Part shown: positions 17,578-21,742 of the stretch, piece by piece
Layout of the letters: every line of letters begins with the position of its first letter
How positions within the stretch are numbered: the first letter of the stretch is position 1
Assembly: GCA_046758705.1 (NCBI GenBank)
Contig: JBHIAT010000047.1
Span: forward strand, 1 to 21,742
From: Candidatus Bipolaricaulia bacterium
Lineage (GTDB): Bacteria > Bipolaricaulota > Bipolaricaulia > JBHIAT01
DNA length: 21,742 nt
Direction of reading: 5' to 3'
Notes under the pieces: generated by a model
What the model saw: only the letters and a program-made list of their open reading frames with translations
Told to the model about the DNA's origin: nothing
Database searches by the model: none
Position numbers and translations under genes: made by a program

Positions 17578-17640
17578 GGTGAAAAAACAATGGGAGCGAG
17601 GTCAAGGAGCGGTGAAAATCGGGTGAAAAATCGGTCGATC
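17578..17640. repeat. Helically phased direct repeats (GGTGAAAA and degenerate copies)
   Basis: GGTGAAAA at 17578, 17611 and 17622; GGTCAAGG at 17600; GGTCGATC at 17633. All offsets are multiples of 11 bp. Confidence 0.6.
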
Positions 17641-17712
17641 TCCCGGCAAAGCTGAGCCGGATATCCGGACCGGATGTGATGAACCAACCCGACGCGGCAA
17701 ACCAGGATCCCG

Positions 17713-17741
17713 TTGAACCGGCCGAATCCCTATGCTATACT
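17713..17741 (+). promoter_or_regulatory. Sigma70 promoter with extended -10, probably giving a leaderless transcript
   Basis: TTGAAC (17713-17718), 17 bp spacer, TGc-TATACT (17736-17741); in-frame GTG 7 bp downstream at 17749. Confidence 0.65.
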
Positions 17742-17748
17742 TTCGGGC

Positions 17749-18474
17749 GTGGATAGAGCAAGTTCGAAGCAGCAAGAGCCGCTGATCCATCTCACCGGGG
17801 TGGAGAAGGTCTATCGGCTAGGGAAGGTCCGAGTGCCTGCACTCCGGGGATTAGATCTGACCGTGGACCGGGGGGAATTCGTGGCCATCATGGGCCCGTC
17901 GGGCTCGGGGAAGTCGACGCTGATGCATCTGATTGGCTGCCTGGATCGACCCTCCTCGGGGACCATTCTGGTGAACGGCCTGGAGGTGTCACGGCTCGGT
18001 GAGCGGGAGCGGGCCGAGATTCGGGGACAGCAGATCGGCTTCGTCTTCCAGAGCTTCAACCTGATTCCAACCCTGACCGCCCTGGAGAACGTCGCTTTGC
18101 CGTTGGTGTTTCAGGGGGTTGGACAGGAGGAGCGGGAGTGGCGGGCGGGGACGCTCCTGGGAAAGGTGGACCTGGCCGCACGGATAGATCACCGACCGAC
18201 TGAACTCTCTGGCGGGGAGCAGCAGCGTGTCGCGATCGCCCGGGCGCTCGTCAACGACCCGAGGATCGTTCTGGCGGATGAACCGACCGGAGAGATCGAT
18301 TCTGAGGCCGGCCAGGCCATCATGAGATTGCTGCGCCGGTTGAACCAGGAGGGCGGCAAGACGGTGGTGCTGGTGACCCACGACCCGATGGCAGCCAAGT
18401 TCGCCGACCGGATCGTCCACATCCGCGACGGTCAGGTGGTGGAAATGAAGGAGAGACTTCCCTATGGTTGCTGA
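17749..18474 (+). CDS. ABC transporter ATP-binding protein (LolD/MacB family)
   Basis: GPSGSGKSTLM, IGFVFQSFNLIPTLTALENV, HRPTELSGGEQQRVAIARAL, LADEPTG, VTHD. Confidence 0.92.
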   Translation: MDRASSKQQEPLIHLTGVEKVYRLGKVRVPALRGLDLTVDRGEFVAIMGPSGSGKSTLMHLIGCLDRPSSGTILVNGLEVSRLGERERAEIRGQQIGFVFQSFNLIPTLTALENVALPLVFQGVGQEEREWRAGTLLGKVDLAARIDHRPTELSGGEQQRVAIARALVNDPRIVLADEPTGEIDSEAGQAIMRLLRRLNQEGGKTVVLVTHDPMAAKFADRIVHIRDGQVVEMKERLPYGC

Positions 18475-19630
18475 GTTCTTCAGGTTGGCCGTTCGCAACA
18501 TCCGCTATCGCCGCCGGCGTTCGGTGCTCACCACGGTCGGGATCTTCATCGGGATCACGGCGGTCGTAGCGTTGATCTCGATCGGTCAGGGGATGCAGTT
18601 GACCATCGACGAGGAGTTCAGCAAGATCGGTTACAACACCTTGATGGTCTTCCCGGGTCTTGAGGCCGGGTTTCAGGGCGGTCTCCCACTCATCTCGATC
18701 TCGTTCGGGGAGGCGGACGTTGACACCGTCCAGCGGGTGGCCGGCGTGGAGGAGGTCCAGACCGGCCTGTTCAAGGTCGCCGAGGTCGACGATGGGTTCA
18801 GCCAGGTGATCGGGGCATCCCAACGGGTGATCGATATGCTGGGTGGGCTTGAATTGACCAATGGTCGGATGTTCCGCGGGGGATTCGAGGTGGTGCTTGG
18901 GAACGAACTCGCCAAAGATCTGAATCGGTCGATCGGAGAGACGTTGACGATCGAGGGGAAAGCGTTTGAAGTCGTGGGAGTGTTGAAGCGGACCGGCAAC
19001 CCGCAAAACGACGTCAGCATCTTTCTGGCGATCGAGGCGGTTCAAGCGTTGTTCGACAGTCCCGGGGAGGCATCGATGATCGTTGCCCAGGCGGCCAGAG
19101 ATGCCGATATCGCCGCGGTCGTGACCACGATCACCGAGGCACTGACCCAAACCCGGGGGCGCAGGGACTTCAACATCCAGACGGCCGAACAGCTCAAGAG
19201 CCGGGTCGAGCGGATTCTGGGTTACGTTCAGGCGTTTCTGGCAGGGCTGGCGGGCATCTCGCTGCTCGTGGGTGGAGTCGGGGTGATGAACACCATGTAT
19301 ACGGCCGTTCTCGAACGCACCCGAGAGATCGGGGTGATGAAAGCGGTGGGCGCCAAGGGCGACCAGATCCTTGCTCTGTTTCTGATTGAATCCGGCCTGC
19401 TTGGGATCATCGGCGGGATCATCGGGGTGGTGGTAGGTCTGGCCCTCAGCAACCTGACCGCGCTCATCGTCTCGATCTACGTCGAAGGCAGCTCACTCCA
19501 CGCGGCCAATACGCCCGAACTCATCGGCGGGGCACTATTGTTCTCGCTGTTGCTCGGTTCGATCGCCGGCCTGTGGCCTGCCCGGCGGGCGGCCCAACTG
19601 GAGCCGGTCGAAGCGTTGCGCCAAGCGTGA
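18464..19630 (+). CDS. ABC transporter permease (MacB periplasmic core plus FtsX domain)
   Basis: RSVLTTVGIFIGITAVVAL, ISLLVGGVGVMNTMYTAVLERTREIGVMKAVGA, FLIES, PARRAAQLEPVEALR; 11-bp overlap with the ATPase gene. Confidence 0.92.
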   Translation: MVAEFFRLAVRNIRYRRRRSVLTTVGIFIGITAVVALISIGQGMQLTIDEEFSKIGYNTLMVFPGLEAGFQGGLPLISISFGEADVDTVQRVAGVEEVQTGLFKVAEVDDGFSQVIGASQRVIDMLGGLELTNGRMFRGGFEVVLGNELAKDLNRSIGETLTIEGKAFEVVGVLKRTGNPQNDVSIFLAIEAVQALFDSPGEASMIVAQAARDADIAAVVTTITEALTQTRGRRDFNIQTAEQLKSRVERILGYVQAFLAGLAGISLLVGGVGVMNTMYTAVLERTREIGVMKAVGAKGDQILALFLIESGLLGIIGGIIGVVVGLALSNLTALIVSIYVEGSSLHAANTPELIGGALLFSLLLGSIAGLWPARRAAQLEPVEALRQA

Positions 19631-19713
19631 GCTGGCCGATCGAAGTTGCATCGGCCCCGCAGGATGGATATGATGGGTCAACCCCAGCGGTTACAGGGGA
19701 GGGGAGGCCTTCC

Positions 19714-20103
19714 ATGTACCAGCACCAGATCCACTTCACCCTGGAGGGGGCCAGCGAGGCCCTGCCTCAGGTGAAGGCTCAGGTCAAGCGGTTGGTGCAG
19801 TTGAAGCGTGAACTCGATGCGAACGGGTACGACATCCAGACTCGCAATTACCAGGCCGGGTCGGCACCTAACGGGCAAGGTCCCCACCCACCGATGTTGC
19901 AGGAGTTGGCTGAGATCCTCAACGATCTCGAAGTGCAGGGGATCTTGGTCAAAGGATTCGATGAAGGGCTGATCGATTTCCCTCATATCCGTGAGAACGG
20001 TGAGGAGGTCTACCTCTGCTGGAAGTTGGGTGAGAAGCGCATCGGCTATTGGCACCGGATCCCCGATGGCTTCGCCGGCAGACGACCGGTCGCCGATCTG
20101 TGA
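19714..20103 (+). CDS. DUF2203 family protein
   Basis: FTLEGASEALP...GILVKGFDEGLIDFP...GEEVYLCWKLGE..IGYWH...GFAGRRP; SD GGAGG upstream of ATG 19714. Confidence 0.85.
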   Translation: MYQHQIHFTLEGASEALPQVKAQVKRLVQLKRELDANGYDIQTRNYQAGSAPNGQGPHPPMLQELAEILNDLEVQGILVKGFDEGLIDFPHIRENGEEVYLCWKLGEKRIGYWHRIPDGFAGRRPVADL

Positions 20104-20181
20104 CGGGCAACGACCTCACAGACGATGGGCGGGGCGGCCGAGATCCTCGCCTACGGGACAGCGGTCAAGTTGGAGTAGACT

Positions 20182-21144
20182 CTACAGGTCCCGGACCGTG
20201 CCGACGATCTCGGAGACGTTTCTGAAGTCGTGCGCTTCCAGCCAGCGTTCCACCCCTACGGCGATTCGCTCGAAGACCTCGGGACCCTGGGTGAGATAAG
20301 CTGTGCCGATCTGTACGATATCAGCGCCGGCAAGATGGTGTTTGATCGCATCCTCGGGTTCGGTGATTCCGCCGACCCCGAAGATCAGCATGTCATAGTC
20401 TTGCTGTCGGAAGTACGTGTAGCAGCGGTGTACCTCAGCGAGGGCGATGGGAAGAACCGCCCGCCCCCCCAGCCCCCCGTATCCCTGACGTGGTCGGATC
20501 GCCTGGGTCATCGTCTCAAGATCGATCTCCATCGTGTTCGGCTCGGAGTTCATCGTGGACACGCACTCCACCCCGAGATCGATCAGCACATCAGCGACCG
20601 CCTCGAAGATCCAGGGGACATTATTGTAGGGAGGCAGCTTGACGCTGATCGGAACGGTGACGCGGGTCTTGACCGCCTCGAGCATCTCGCGCACGCTTTG
20701 GGGATCCATGGCGATCGGAATCGCCTCCAGGTTGGGACAGGAGAGGTTCAGCTCGAGGAGATCCGCCCCGCTCTCTGTCAACGCTTCGGCGATCTCACCG
20801 TACTGCTCAACGGGCGATAGGCCGTGGGAGCAAGGCGCGGTCGCGATGCTGGCAATGACCGGCTTGCCGAACCCCTTCAGATCCGACATCATCTCGGCAT
20901 AGGCGCGGTAGCCCAGGTTAGGAAGTCCCATCGAGTTGAGCGAGCCGAGATCCCGATCCAGATGCTTCAACCGGGGCTCCGGGTTCCCGGTCCGGGGACA
21001 GTGGGTCATGCTTTTGGTGATGACCGCGCCAACCGACGACCGTGCGATGCGGATCAACCGCTCGTAGGTCTCAGACTCAGGCCCCGAGGCGTTGGTGATC
21101 GGTGGTTCGATCTCAAAACCGAGCCTGCGGGCCATGGTTCTCAT
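20182..21144 (-). CDS. pyrD: Dihydroorotate dehydrogenase, class 1 (1A-like)
   Basis: PITNASG, TKSMT, GNPEPR, LNSMGLPNLG, ELNLSCPN (catalytic Cys), VKLPPY, GGLGG, GVGGI, VQIGTA. ATG 21144 chosen to match typical family length. Confidence 0.88.
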   Translation of the reverse strand: MRTMARRLGFEIEPPITNASGPESETYERLIRIARSSVGAVITKSMTHCPRTGNPEPRLKHLDRDLGSLNSMGLPNLGYRAYAEMMSDLKGFGKPVIASIATAPCSHGLSPVEQYGEIAEALTESGADLLELNLSCPNLEAIPIAMDPQSVREMLEAVKTRVTVPISVKLPPYNNVPWIFEAVADVLIDLGVECVSTMNSEPNTMEIDLETMTQAIRPRQGYGGLGGRAVLPIALAEVHRCYTYFRQQDYDMLIFGVGGITEPEDAIKHHLAGADIVQIGTAYLTQGPEVFERIAVGVERWLEAHDFRNVSEIVGTVRDL

Positions 21145-21214
21145 CTCTTCGCAGCTATCATACATCCGTCCGCAACGAAGTTCAAAAGTGCCAAAAGGTG
21201 CCCCTGCCACCGGC

Positions 21215-21262
21215 TTGACAAATCGAGAACCCTATTGATATACTGTATTCGATATTTCGAAA
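21215..21262 (+). promoter_or_regulatory. Sigma70 promoter with downstream palindromic operator
   Basis: TTGACA (21215-21220), 18 bp spacer, TGa-TATACT (21239-21244); palindrome TTCGA-TATT-TCGAA at 21248-21261. Confidence 0.7.
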
Positions 21263-21265
21263 ATA

Positions 21266-21619
21266 ATGAAAGTCCTGCTTATCATCAACGACGCTCCATA
21301 TGGGTCGGAGAAGGCATACAACGCCTTGCGACTGGTCAGAACGTTACAGAAAGAACACACCGATGTCGAAGTCCGCCTGTTCCTTCTGGCGGATGCGGTG
21401 GCGTGTGCTTTGCCCAACCAATCAACGCCACAGGGCTTCTACAACCTGGAACGGATGCTCAAGACGGTCATCCACAGGGGAGGGCAGGTCAAGGCTTGTG
21501 TCACCTGTGCCGATGCTCGCGGCATCACAGAACTCGACTTGATAGACGGTGTTGAAATCAGCACATTGAGCCAATTGGCACAGTGGGTGATTAAGTCGGA
21601 CAAGGTGATTACGTTCTGA
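21266..21619 (+). CDS. DsrE/DsrF-family (YchN-like) protein
   Basis: MKVLLIINDAPYGSEKAYNALRL, LFLLADAVACA, CVTCADARG, LAQWVIKSDKVITF. Confidence 0.9.
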   Translation: MKVLLIINDAPYGSEKAYNALRLVRTLQKEHTDVEVRLFLLADAVACALPNQSTPQGFYNLERMLKTVIHRGGQVKACVTCADARGITELDLIDGVEISTLSQLAQWVIKSDKVITF

Positions 21620-21661
21620 AATCCCAACGGCGCATAACACTGCATAACGGGAGGAGTTCGA

Positions 21662-21742
21662 ATGGCGCAGACGGATGCTCAAAGAGCGATAACCACGATG
21701 ATCGTACCTCCACCGGTTCCTGAGAGAGGAGTGATCGGCGTG
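21662..21742 (+). CDS. Start of an unidentified CDS, truncated by the window edge
   Basis: SD GGGAGGAG at 21649-21656, ATG 21662, open for 27 codons (MAQTDAQRAITTMIVPPPVPERGVIGV). Confidence 0.5.
   Translation, partial: MAQTDAQRAITTMIVPPPVPERGVIGV

Noticed and set aside
17416..17712. Moco/Wco riboswitch upstream of the molybdoenzyme operon
   Set aside because: I could not match the motif elements I recall for this family. Kept only as an unclassified structured-RNA candidate; an Rfam scan would settle it.
20126..20153. Possible bidirectional terminator between DUF2203 and pyrD
   Set aside because: The stem depends on G-U pairs, has a long loop and no U-tract; too weak to call.
21632..21648. 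GCATAAC direct repeat (10-bp period) resembling an integron attC core
   Set aside because: No complementary GTTRRRY end or attC-length hairpin, and no integrase. The spacers of the left-hand gene block also lack attC sites.
1..21742. CRISPR array, tRNA/rRNA, IS elements, selenocysteine readthrough
   Set aside because: No regularly spaced repeats, cloverleaf, transposase or terminal inverted repeats seen, and no recognised protein is interrupted by an in-frame TGA at a Cys position.

Overview
Gene-dense, GC-rich bacterial chromosomal segment (taxon not assignable from sequence alone); I found no rRNA, tRNA, CRISPR array, transposase or integrase. Left to right: a + strand block of small metabolic/detox genes (partial PPOX-like protein, nucleotidyltransferase, PLP threonine/serine dehydratase, aldo/keto reductase, OsmC-like, DUF3303-like); a - strand run of a P1B heavy-metal ATPase, then resA-resB-ccsA (cytochrome c maturation System II) followed after 26 bp by a type I hsdM-hsdS pair with no hsdR; a divergent znuACB-like metal ABC importer; a secreted HExxH protein; a membrane protein plus Tat-exported sulfite-oxidase-family molybdoenzyme; a structured intergenic region of about 330 bp; a LolD/MacB-type ABC pair; DUF2203; a class 1A-like pyrD; a DsrE-family gene and a truncated CDS. 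Best leads: a candidate multi-hairpin GGA-rich small RNA with 11-bp-phased upstream repeats (17440-17640), the orphan type I methyltransferase attached to the res operon, strong CGATCG over-representation, and back-to-back Zn export/import genes sharing an operator-rich spacer. These are hypotheses; none is a demonstrated novel system.
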